A stretch of 64,000 nucleotides of DNA from Chloroflexota bacterium (GTDB lineage: Bacteria > Chloroflexota > UBA11872): assembly GCA_026708035.1 (NCBI GenBank), contig JAPOVQ010000014.1:2826-66825 (forward strand), given 5' to 3'. The translations under genes and the position numbers were made by a program. Below the pieces are notes generated by a model. It was given only the letters and a program-made list of their open reading frames with translations, searched no databases and was not told the origin of the DNA. Below, piece after piece: positions 8,483 through 18,331 of the stretch; the stretch's first letter is position 1, and every line of letters starts with the position of its first letter.

Positions 8483-9448
8483 CTACGGCACCCGCGCCGC
8501 TGGCCACACCGGGTGCAGGGCATACCAGCTGCGATAGCCGTAGCCGACCATTTCCGTCAGCACATCCGCCATGCGTTGCACGCCTTCCTGCAGGCCGGCG
8601 CTCGAGCGGTCGAGGTCGCGCAGGTGGATGGCGCGCCCGAAGTAGCCCTGCACCCTCCCGTCAGGTAGACGCCGGGTAAAGGCGGGCATCAGCGGCGCGC
8701 CGCTCATGATGCTCAGCAAGGCGGGTCCCTTGGGGAGAATGGCCGTCTCGCCGCACAGCTGCACGGGCACGCCGTCGCCGATGATTACTCGGTCCGCGGC
8801 CAGGCCAACGGCCTCGTTGCGGCGCAGCGCCCGGAGCAGCGGGCGGGCGGCCTCGCGCTCGTCGTGCACCTCGATCTTTGCCTGTCGTCGGATCATCGCG
8901 AAGACACGCCCCAGCCAGTGCGGCCGCAGCCGTTCACCGGCGGACGAGATGGGCGCGTGTCGCCGTCTCAGCTCGCGGGCGGCGATCTCAAAGCTCGCGG
9001 CGTGCATGCTCACGATGATGGCGCCCCGCCCGGCATCGAGCGCCGCCGCCAGCTCCGACGAGTCGATCTCGACGCGGCGGTGGCGTCGCCACCAATCCGG
9101 CCAGAACATGGTGAAGTACTCGACCAGATAGCGGCCGTAGCTGGCGTAGACATCCCCGGCCGCGGCGTGCACCTCTTGCGCCGAGGCCGATGGGCCCATG
9201 GCCACGGACAGGTTGGCGCGAAGCTGCCGCGTTCGACGGCTGCCCCAGGCGTACACGCGGCGTCCCAGCCAGGCGGCAGCCGCATCAACTAGGCGCGCGG
9301 GCAGGATCGCCACGAGCAACGTGATAGCGAGCAGGAGCGCCGTCGCCGAATAGGACACGACCGTCCCGATCCGCTGCACCCCCTGACCGAGGATGTTGCG
9401 AGAGACGATCGCCAGATTCCGCTGCGGAGACTGTTCCGGCACGACCAA
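8483..9448 (-). CDS. Lysophospholipid / lipid A-type (LpxL/HtrB family) acyltransferase
   Basis: 321 aa with an N-terminal TM helix. SMHAASFEI sits where the family HxxxxE/D motif lies, and VGLAADR follows later. Family-level call only. Confidence 0.6.
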   Translation of the reverse strand: MVVPEQSPQRNLAIVSRNILGQGVQRIGTVVSYSATALLLAITLLVAILPARLVDAAAAWLGRRVYAWGSRRTRQLRANLSVAMGPSASAQEVHAAAGDVYASYGRYLVEYFTMFWPDWWRRHRRVEIDSSELAAALDAGRGAIIVSMHAASFEIAARELRRRHAPISSAGERLRPHWLGRVFAMIRRQAKIEVHDEREAARPLLRALRRNEAVGLAADRVIIGDGVPVQLCGETAILPKGPALLSIMSGAPLMPAFTRRLPDGRVQGYFGRAIHLRDLDRSSAGLQEGVQRMADVLTEMVGYGYRSWYALHPVWPAARVP

Positions 9449-9609
9449 AGCGACCTCTGCTGCCTGCTGTGGGCACTTACGTACGGCAACGGCAGAATTT
9501 ACCAGTCCCGCGCGATACTCTCTCGCCTATGCGCCGCGCGACGAGACTGCAGGACACATTCGCATTGGCCAGACGACGGTTTCCCGAATGTCGGTGACTC
9601 GCGCGTTGT

Positions 9610-10635
9610 GTGACCCGACGCGTGCGTAGATTCGACAGCGGTCGTCGAGACACAGGCAAGCGCCGATCGAATGGTCTGCTGAGCAACTCTCGGAGAGCGG
9701 GCTTGGTCGTCGCGTTGGGCTTCCTGTGCCTGGCATGCGGAGAAGCCTCAGCGCCGCCTGTGGCGGCCACGCCAGACGCCTCGCCCGCCACATCTGCGCC
9801 CGCGACCGCGCCAACGCCGACGACCATGGCCAGGCTCGCACCGACACCCACGGTCGAGCCTGAGCCAACGCCTATGCCGGAACCCACGCCGACCTCGACA
9901 CCAGTGCCTACGGCGACGCCCGCGCCGACGCCGGAGCCCACGCCGTCGCCGGAGCCGTCACCCACACCCAGCCCCACGCCGACGCCGGCAGTCACACCAG
10001 CGCCGACGCCCACACTCGAAGCCACGGCGGCCCCGGAGCCCACACCGACACCCGAGCCGTCGCCCACGCCAACGCCGGAACCCACCCCCACGCCCGCGCC
10101 GACCGCGACACCGACGCCCGAACCTACGCCAACGCCCGAACCCACCCCGACTCCGTCGCCGACGCCAACACCGGTACCCACTCCGACACCGACGCCGGAA
10201 CCTACGCCGACTCCCGTGCCCCAACCCACGCCGACGCCCACGCCGGAACCGACGCCGACTCCACAGCCCACTCCGACCCCCGTGCCGCAACCCACCCCAA
10301 CGCCTACGCCCGAGCCCACGCCCACTCCCACCGCGGCGCCAGCCGATCCGGCCTTGGGCGCGACGCTGGTCCGCGCGATTGGCTGCGAGGCGTGCCACAG
10401 CGCCGACGGTTCCGACGGCACCGGGCCCACGTGGCAGGGCGTCTACCTCAGCCGGGTCACGCTGGCCGACGGCTCAACGGTCATCGCCGACGACGCCTAT
10501 CTGCTGCGGGCGATCGTGGACCCCAACGCGGAAGTCGTCGAGGGATACGAAGCGGGCCTGATGCAGGCCGACCTCGACACGTTGCTCTCCCGAGAAGAGC
10601 TGCTGGCGATCGTGGCCTATATCAAGTCGCTGTAG
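9610..10635 (+). CDS. Lipoprotein with a long Pro/Thr/Glu stalk and a C-terminal class I cytochrome c domain
   Basis: Lipobox FLCLAC-G. About 190 aa of PTPEPTPTP repeats. Heme motif GCEACH followed by ...GPTWQGVY...[23 protein letters not shown], which resembles the c domain of caa3 subunit II. GTG start is uncertain. Confidence 0.75.
   Translation: MTRRVRRFDSGRRDTGKRRSNGLLSNSRRAGLVVALGFLCLACGEASAPPVAATPDASPATSAPATAPTPTTMARLAPTPTVEPEPTPMPEPTPTSTPVPTATPAPTPEPTPSPEPSPTPSPTPTPAVTPAPTPTLEATAAPEPTPTPEPSPTPTPEPTPTPAPTATPTPEPTPTPEPTPTPSPTPTPVPTPTPTPEPTPTPVPQPTPTPTPEPTPTPQPTPTPVPQPTPTPTPEPTPTPTAAPADPALGATLVRAIGCEACHSADGSDGTGPTWQGVYLSRVTLADGSTVIADDAYLLRAIVDPNAEVVEGYEAGLMQADLDTLLSREELLAIVAYIKSL
9760..10350. 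repeat. Low-complexity coding repeat (Pro/Thr/Glu stalk, cc(n)ac(n)cc(n) periodicity)
   Basis: Reiterated ccgacgcc / gagcccacgcc units. They generate the long spurious antisense ORF 9477..10430 ([11 protein letters not shown]...). Confidence 0.8.
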
Positions 10636-10646
10636 CCCCGACCCGC

Positions 10647-11711
10647 CTACGCGTCGCTGATCGGCAGCGTGATCCGGGCGTTGCCGGCGTGCTGCGAGTG
10701 CAGCGCGGCCAGCAGCACTTCGACGACCTGACGCGAGGTGCGACCGTCCATCGAAGGCCGTCCGCCGTGGTGGATCAGCTGCACCATTTCGTCGACGCAA
10801 CCGGCGATGTGGCCCAGGGTGTACTGGGGTCGGGGAAGGCTGCGCTGATTGAAGTCGCCGCCGTTCTTGACGACGACGGTAGCGTTGCCCGAGTCGTCGA
10901 CGCGCACGATCCCGGCGGTTCCCAAGACCTCCAGCGAGAATACCTGCGGCATGGTTTTGCACATATTCCAGAAGGCGCGCACGCCGTTGTCGAACTCGAC
11001 AACCACTGACATCGCGGGGTCGGTGTCGGGGTCGTGGCCGCCGTCGCTGGCATAGCGCGGGGGGTAGTCCTCGAACCCGGCTTCCGCGATCCCGTAGACC
11101 GCGGTGGGCGTGCCGCCGGCGAACCATAGGATGGTGTCGAACATGTGGGTGCCGTTGCGGAACAGCATCGCGCGCGGACCGCCCTGATTGGCAACAATTC
11201 GTTGCACCTCGCCGATTTCGCCGGACGCGATCACCTCCGCCACCTGCACCCACGGGAACATCCAGCGCCGCGTGTGATCCACCAGCATGGGGACGCCTGC
11301 GGCCTCGACGGCGGCGATCATGCGGTCGGCGTCGGCCAGCGTTGAGGCGATGGGCTTTTCGCAGACAATCCCGCGCACGCCGGCGTCGACCGCGTCGACG
11401 ACGATTTGCGCGTGCCGGTCGTCAGGGGTCGCCACGCTGATCACGTCCAACTGCTCGCGGGCCAGCATTTCGCGGTAGTCGGTGTAGCCGCGCACGTCGG
11501 GCAGCGCGTCGCTCCAGGTGCGGTGAAAGTCGTCCAGCTTCTCGGGCACGATGTCGCACACCGCCACCGGCTCCGTGCCGGCGATGTGGTGATAAGCGGC
11601 GACGTGCGAATGCGGCATATCGAAGCCGGTGCCCGGTCCCGGCCCTGGCGCGGGGCGCTTGGCCCCGATGCCGGTCAGGCCGACCACGCCGGCTCGCAGC
11701 GGATTATTCAT
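10647..11711 (-). CDS. Gfo/Idh/MocA family oxidoreductase
   Basis: N-terminal Rossmann segment (RAGVVGLTGIG), the family signature CEKP (IVCEKPIA), and 354 aa. Confidence 0.85.
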   Translation of the reverse strand: MNNPLRAGVVGLTGIGAKRPAPGPGPGTGFDMPHSHVAAYHHIAGTEPVAVCDIVPEKLDDFHRTWSDALPDVRGYTDYREMLAREQLDVISVATPDDRHAQIVVDAVDAGVRGIVCEKPIASTLADADRMIAAVEAAGVPMLVDHTRRWMFPWVQVAEVIASGEIGEVQRIVANQGGPRAMLFRNGTHMFDTILWFAGGTPTAVYGIAEAGFEDYPPRYASDGGHDPDTDPAMSVVVEFDNGVRAFWNMCKTMPQVFSLEVLGTAGIVRVDDSGNATVVVKNGGDFNQRSLPRPQYTLGHIAGCVDEMVQLIHHGGRPSMDGRTSRQVVEVLLAALHSQHAGNARITLPISDA

Positions 11712-11786
11712 GGAGATTTCCGTCGGTGAGACCGGCGGCGATTGTAGGCGCGTGGCCCACGGCGCGCAGCGGGCGCCGCTAGACGC

Positions 11787-12887
11787 CTACAGCGCGTCGA
11801 TGGCCGCCAGGATGTCGGCGGATGTGATCAAGTCGTAAACGCCGCTGTAAATCGACTTCCAGGCCACGTTCCCGTCGAGATCGACCAGGAATGCCGATCC
11901 CGTGGCGAGGCCGTCGCCGAAGTGATTGAACACGCCGTAGGCCCTGGGCACGTCACCCGCGATGTTGTAGAGCACCGGGAAATCGAGCCCGATTCGCTCA
12001 ATGATGCCGGCGGTGTCTTCCAGCGAGTCGGTGCTGATGGCCAGGATTTCCACGCCGCGCGATTGGAATTCCTGGTAGTTGTTCTGCAGCTCCACGAGCT
12101 GCGTGCGGCAAGCCGTTCACCAGAACGCGCGGTAGAACACCACCACCACCGGCTGCTGTCCCTGGAATGCGCTCAGGGTGTACTGCGGTCCTTGGGCGCT
12201 CGGCAGCGAAAAGTCGACGGCGGCTGCCCTGGCGGGGGCCGGTGCTGACGTCGGGGTCGGGGTTGGCTGCGGTGTGGGCGTCGGTTCCGGCGTAGGGGTC
12301 GGTTGCGGCGTCGGCGTGGACGCAGCCGTCTCGCAAACCACGCCGTCGCCGTCTCGATCCGTCATGTACTCATACGCGGGATGGTCGCTCCTGACCGGGG
12401 CAATCCCGTGCGCGCGCGCTTCGGCGCATGAGATCCGACCGTTGCCGTCGTCGTCATAGAGGTCGAGCGCCGTCGGCGCGGGGGTTGGAGTTGGTGTGGG
12501 TTCCGGAGCGGGCGTGGGCGTCGGCTGCGGCGTTGGCGTCGGCGTGGGTTGGGGTGCGGGCGTCGGAGTCGGCGCCGCCGTCGGTGGCGGCGCTGGAGTG
12601 GACGTGGGTGCGGGCGCCGGGGTCGAGGTCGGTTCGGGAACAGCCGTGGGCGTTGGCGCCGCGGCGATGACTACTACCGGAGTGGGCGCGGGAGTAGCGG
12701 TGGGCGTCGGCGGGCTGGTTGGTGTTGGCGCGGGTGGCGGCGGCGCAGGAGTGTCCGTTGGCGCCGGCGGCGGAGTTGCGGTTGCCGTGGGGGCCACCTC
12801 GGCGGCGGGCTCCACGGGCTCGGCGGCTTCGCCGCACGCAGCCAGGACGACCGCCAACGCGACAACAGCAATGATCCCGACGCGCAC
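11787..12887 (-). CDS. Predicted selenoprotein: lipoprotein with Pro/Thr stalk, Excalibur-like Ca-binding insert and a redoxin (TlpA/ResA/AhpC-TSA superfamily) domain with a U-T-A-C active site (TGA at 12117-12119 read as Sec)
   Basis: Track ORFs 12117..12887 and 11787..12095 are in the same frame. Joined, they read ...[43 protein letters not shown]...FPVLYN...AFLVDLDGN. Lipobox VLAAC-G. GGGAGA lies 6 nt before the GTG at 12887. The paralog has its TGA at the same column. Confidence 0.75.
12086..12102 (-). promoter_or_regulatory. Candidate bacterial SECIS hairpin (GCAGCUC-GUG-GAGCUGC), 14 nt downstream of the UGA at 12117-12119
   Basis: Perfect 7-bp inverted repeat on the mRNA with GU in the apical loop. 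Its position matches bacterial SECIS expectations. The core is conserved in the paralog. Confidence 0.45.
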
Positions 12888-12956
12888 CCGGATTCTCCCG
12901 ACGCTACTTCCCTCGAATTCTACGTCGGAGGCGAGGCCATGGTTTGCCGTGGCTGC

Positions 12957-13514
12957 CTAACAACTGCCCTTTCTAATGAACTCAATGAGCTGACGGATCT
13001 CCTCTTCCGTCAGGTCGGAAAACGCCGGCATGCCATTGCCGCCCTCGGCAAGCTGCGAGCGAATGCGGTCCTCCGGCAGGTCCTCTGGAGTGCGGCAGGC
13101 AAGCGCCGGGCCGATGCCGCCGCTGAGGTCTTCACCGTGGCAGACGGTGCAGCCCTTGGCGATGAAGACCTGATGTCCGGGGGAAAGATCCTCACGAGGG
13201 GGCGGCGTCGGCGTGGGTGTCGGCGTGCCGATCGGGGTCGGTGTCGGGGTTGGAGGGGGTGTGGGAGGTAGCGGGGTGGGCACCTCGTCCGCCGGACGGG
13301 CTGTGGGCGAGGGCTCGAGGGGAGGCGCGATTCGACCCGGTGGGACCATGGCCAGCGAGTGGGCGATGACGGGGGTCGGTTCCGGCGTGGGCACAAGGAG
13401 TGAAAGGCGGCTCGATTCGCCGCAGGCCACGACGCCAACAAGGATTACGCCGCTCAGCAGCGCACATATGGCGCGCCCGAGGCGCGCGGCTCGGCGAGAC
13501 CCGGTGACCTTCAC
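12957..13514 (-). CDS. Monoheme class I cytochrome c lipoprotein with a Pro/Thr stalk
   Basis: Lipobox GVVAC-G. Heme motif GCTVCH. Distal Met in GGNGMPAF. 185 aa. Confidence 0.8.
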   Translation of the reverse strand: MKVTGSRRAARLGRAICALLSGVILVGVVACGESSRLSLLVPTPEPTPVIAHSLAMVPPGRIAPPLEPSPTARPADEVPTPLPPTPPPTPTPTPIGTPTPTPTPPPREDLSPGHQVFIAKGCTVCHGEDLSGGIGPALACRTPEDLPEDRIRSQLAEGGNGMPAFSDLTEEEIRQLIEFIRKGSC

Positions 13515-13566
13515 TTGCCTGCGACGCTCCGCTGAGCGGAGCGGCTCGGATTGCGGCGCCGTCGCT

Positions 13567-14244
13567 CTACAGCTCGTCGATGGCCGCCAGGATGTCGCCC
13601 GACGTGATCAGGTCGTGAACGCCGCTGTAGATCGACTTCCAGGCCAGGTTTCCGTCAAGGTCGACCAGGAACGCCGACCCGGTGGCGAGACCGTCGCCGT
13701 AGAGATTGAAGATCCCGTATTCGCGGGGAACGTTGCCCTCGATGTTGTAGAGCACCGGAAACTGAATGCCGATCCGCTCCACGATGCCGGCGGTGTCTTC
13801 GAGCGAGTCCGTGCTGACGGCGAGGATTTCCACGCCGCGCGCCTGAAACTCTTCGTAGTTCTTTTGCAGCTCCACGAGCTGGGTGCGGCAAGTCCCTCAC
13901 CAGAAGGCGCGGTAGAAGACGACGACCACCGGCTGCTGCCCGGCAAACGAGCTAAGCGTGTACTGCGGGCCCTGGGCGCTCGGCAGCGAGAAGTCCACGG
14001 CGGCCGCCCGCGCCGGGGCCGGCGGCGGGGTCGGCGTGGCGGCCGGCTGTGGCGCCTGCGTGGCAGTCGGCTGCGTCGTTGGCGTGGGCGGAGGCGCGGG
14101 AGTGTCCGTGGCCGTGGGCAGTGCGGGGGCCGCGGTTGCCGCGGGCGCGGCCTCGGCGGCCGGTTCCGGCGGAGCGGTGGTGTCGCCGCACGCCGCTAGG
14201 ACCACCGCCAACGCGATGACCGCGACAATTCCGGCTCGCATCAT
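13567..14244 (-). CDS. Predicted selenoprotein paralog: lipoprotein with a short Pro/Thr/Ala stalk and a redoxin domain with a U-G-T-C active site (TGA at 13897-13899 read as Sec)
   Basis: Track ORFs 13897..14304 and 13567..13875 are in the same frame: ...[43 protein letters not shown].... Likely start is MMRAGIV at 14244, with AGGGAAAG upstream. Lipobox VLAAC-G. Confidence 0.75.
13867..13881 (-). promoter_or_regulatory. Candidate SECIS hairpin (CAGCUC-GUG-GAGCUG) downstream of the UGA at 13897-13899
   Basis: 6-bp perfect stem with the same loop and the same spacing as in the paralog. Confidence 0.4.
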
Positions 14245-14311
14245 GGCTTTCCCTGCGGGTCGCCCCTCGGATTCTACGCCGAGCGCGCGGCCGCGCATTG
14301 TCAATTTGATC

Positions 14312-14878
14312 TCAGGAACTGCGAATAAACTCGATGAGCTGAACGATTTGCTCTTCGGTCAAGTCGGGAAACGGCGGCATGCCGTTGCCGCCCTCGGCGA
14401 GCTGCTGGCGAATGCGCTCCTCGGTTAGATCGTCAACCGTCCGCTCCGCGAGAGCCGGTCCGATGCCGCCGCTCAGGTCTTCGGCGTGGCAGACGGTGCA
14501 GCCATTGGCGATGAAGAGTTGATGGCCGGGGGGCAGGTCGCTGGGCGGCGGCTCCGCCGGAGGCGGCGGGGGCGTCACACCCCCGTCCACGGCCGGTGTC
14601 GGCGTCTCGATCACGACGGGAGTTGGCGCCGCGAGGGTGATCACCGCCTCTGGCGTGCGCGGGGGCGGCGCCGGGGCCAAGTTAGGTGCGGTCCGTCCCG
14701 CTGGGACCATGGCCAGCAGTTGGGCGACGGCCGGGGTCGGTTCAGGGGTGGGCGCGAGACCTGAGAACCTGCCCGATTCGCCGCAGGCCGCGACTACGCC
14801 GGCGAGGATGGCGCCGCCCAGAAACGCGCAAATGGCGCCCCCGAGGCGCGCGATTCGTCGGGACCCGATGACTTGCAT
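14312..14878 (-). CDS. Monoheme class I cytochrome c lipoprotein with a Pro-rich stalk (paralog of 12957..13514)
   Basis: Likely start MQVIGSRRIARLGG at 14878. Lipobox VVAAC-G. Heme motif GCTVCH. Distal Met in GGNGMPPF. The track ORF extends to 14932. Confidence 0.8.
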   Translation of the reverse strand: MQVIGSRRIARLGGAICAFLGGAILAGVVAACGESGRFSGLAPTPEPTPAVAQLLAMVPAGRTAPNLAPAPPPRTPEAVITLAAPTPVVIETPTPAVDGGVTPPPPPAEPPPSDLPPGHQLFIANGCTVCHAEDLSGGIGPALAERTVDDLTEERIRQQLAEGGNGMPPFPDLTEEQIVQLIEFIRSS

Positions 14879-14964
14879 TGACCTGCGTTGCTCCGCTGAA
14901 CGGCGCCGCTCCGATCGCGGCGCCGGCGCCATGGTATTACGTCGGGCGGGTTGCTTCAGCGCGG

Positions 14965-16962
<1,998 letters not shown>

Positions 16963-17105
16963 ACGTCATGCCGCCGTGATGGAGAGGCGCCGACAAGAGG
17001 CTAGGAGCGCCGCCGAAAGCCTGTCAACCGCTTGCCGTGTCGCGCACCTTGCCTCCCGTCGGGCATCATCGGACCTACACCAATTGGCAACGCGTGAAGG
17101 TTGGC

Positions 17106-18026
17106 ATGGCGCACAGTTTCGTCGACGAGAAGCACGCGCTCGCGCTCGAGGATCGCAGCGGGCGGCTGCACGAGCTGCTGGCGCCCGGGGCGCGGTTCGA
17201 GCGCATCGCCAGCGGCCTTGGATTCACCGAAGGCCCGGTCTGGCGCGGCGATCATCTGCTCTTGAGTGACATCCCGAACGACCGCATCTGCCGCTGGCGC
17301 GAGCTGCCGGAAGGCCCCGAGCTCACCACGTTTCGCGCGGGCAGTGGCTCGACCAACGGACTCACGCTGGACCGCGACGGCAATGTCCTGGCCTGCGCCC
17401 ACACCGCGCGAGCGGTGCTGCGCTTCGACGCCAACGCGCAGCCGGATCCCATCGCCGCCTATTTCGAGGGACGGCGGCTCAACAGCCCCAACGATCTCGT
17501 CGTTCGCCGCAACGGCGACATTTACTTCACCGACCCGCCCTATGGCATCGATTCGCTGGGTCCCGACGCCAAGGAGCAACCGGTAAATGGGGTGTATAGA
17601 CTTTCGCCGGACGGCTCGATCGCGCTGGCGACCGATCGGTTCGTGCGACCAAACGGGCTGGCCTTTTCGCCCGATGAATCCGTGCTCTACATCGGCGACT
17701 CGGGCGGACCGCGCGACGTGTGGGCGTTCGACGTGGAGCAAGACGGGTCGCTGACAAACCCACGGCAGTTCGTGGACATGGACGCGCACTCGGCGCCGAA
17801 CAATCCGGACGGAATGAAGTGCGACGCGGAAGGCCGGCTGTGGAGCACGGGTCCGGGAGGCGTTTGGGTCGTTGAGCCGGATGGGACCGTGTTGGGGGTG
17901 ATCGTGACCCCGGCACGCCCTTCGAACCTGGCCTGGGGCGGGCCGGGGTGGAGCACGCTGTTCGTCACCGCGCAGACATCCGTGTATCGCATCGAGACGG
18001 CGGTGCGCGGCCGGTCGGTGCCCTAG
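17106..18026 (+). CDS. SMP-30/gluconolactonase/LRE family protein
   Basis: FTEGPVW, PNDLVVRRNGDIYFTDP, PNGLAFSPDES and PDGMKCDAEGRLW. The ATG at 17106 lies inside track ORF 17037..18026. Confidence 0.8.
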   Translation: MAHSFVDEKHALALEDRSGRLHELLAPGARFERIASGLGFTEGPVWRGDHLLLSDIPNDRICRWRELPEGPELTTFRAGSGSTNGLTLDRDGNVLACAHTARAVLRFDANAQPDPIAAYFEGRRLNSPNDLVVRRNGDIYFTDPPYGIDSLGPDAKEQPVNGVYRLSPDGSIALATDRFVRPNGLAFSPDESVLYIGDSGGPRDVWAFDVEQDGSLTNPRQFVDMDAHSAPNNPDGMKCDAEGRLWSTGPGGVWVVEPDGTVLGVIVTPARPSNLAWGGPGWSTLFVTAQTSVYRIETAVRGRSVP

Positions 18027-18080
18027 CGCCGGGTCCGCCGGTGCTGTCGGCGTCAGGCCGGAGGGAGAGGATGGTGCACG

Positions 18081-18329
18081 ATGACGCCGCCGCTTCGTGT
18101 GCGTGTGCGACCCTACGCGGACCTTGCCCGCTACTTTCCGGGCACCGGCGCGGTGCGGGAGGTTGACGTGCCGGCGGGAGCCACGATCCAGGATCTCCTC
18201 GAACGCTTCGGCGTCGATGCCGAGCCGCGCCTCACGCTTGGCCTGAACGGCGAGCTGGCGCAGCGTGACGCCGCGCTGGCGCCTGGCGACCTGGTCGACA
18301 TCCTCGTCCCGATGTCGGGCGGCATGTAG
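18081..18329 (+). CDS. MoaD/ThiS-family ubiquitin-like sulfur carrier protein ending ...SGG-M
   Basis: 82 aa with the beta-grasp-type pattern (LRVRVRPYADLARYF...VDVPAGATIQDLL...LNGELA...GDLVDILVPMSGGM). Its stop lies 2 nt before the AOR ATG. Confidence 0.7.
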   Translation: MTPPLRVRVRPYADLARYFPGTGAVREVDVPAGATIQDLLERFGVDAEPRLTLGLNGELAQRDAALAPGDLVDILVPMSGGM

Positions 18330-18331
18330 TC

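Noticed and set aside
9477-10430. 317 aa minus-strand ORF rich in GVGVGSGVG repeats, with similar ORFs at 12178..12960 and 13213..14199
   Set aside because: These are the reverse-complement reading of the Pro/Thr stalk repeats. The sense-strand genes have lipoboxes and heme-binding or redoxin domains, and the antisense frames have none.
12096-12119. Reading the TGA-interrupted redoxin genes as pseudogenes, or as two separate genes each
   Set aside because: The stop falls exactly on the catalytic Cys column in both paralogs. The frame continues intact for about 100 codons with strong conservation between the copies. The downstream parts lack their own start signals. A hairpin sits at SECIS distance. 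Pseudogenisation striking the same codon twice is far less likely than Sec decoding. Without Sec machinery in view, this remains a prediction.
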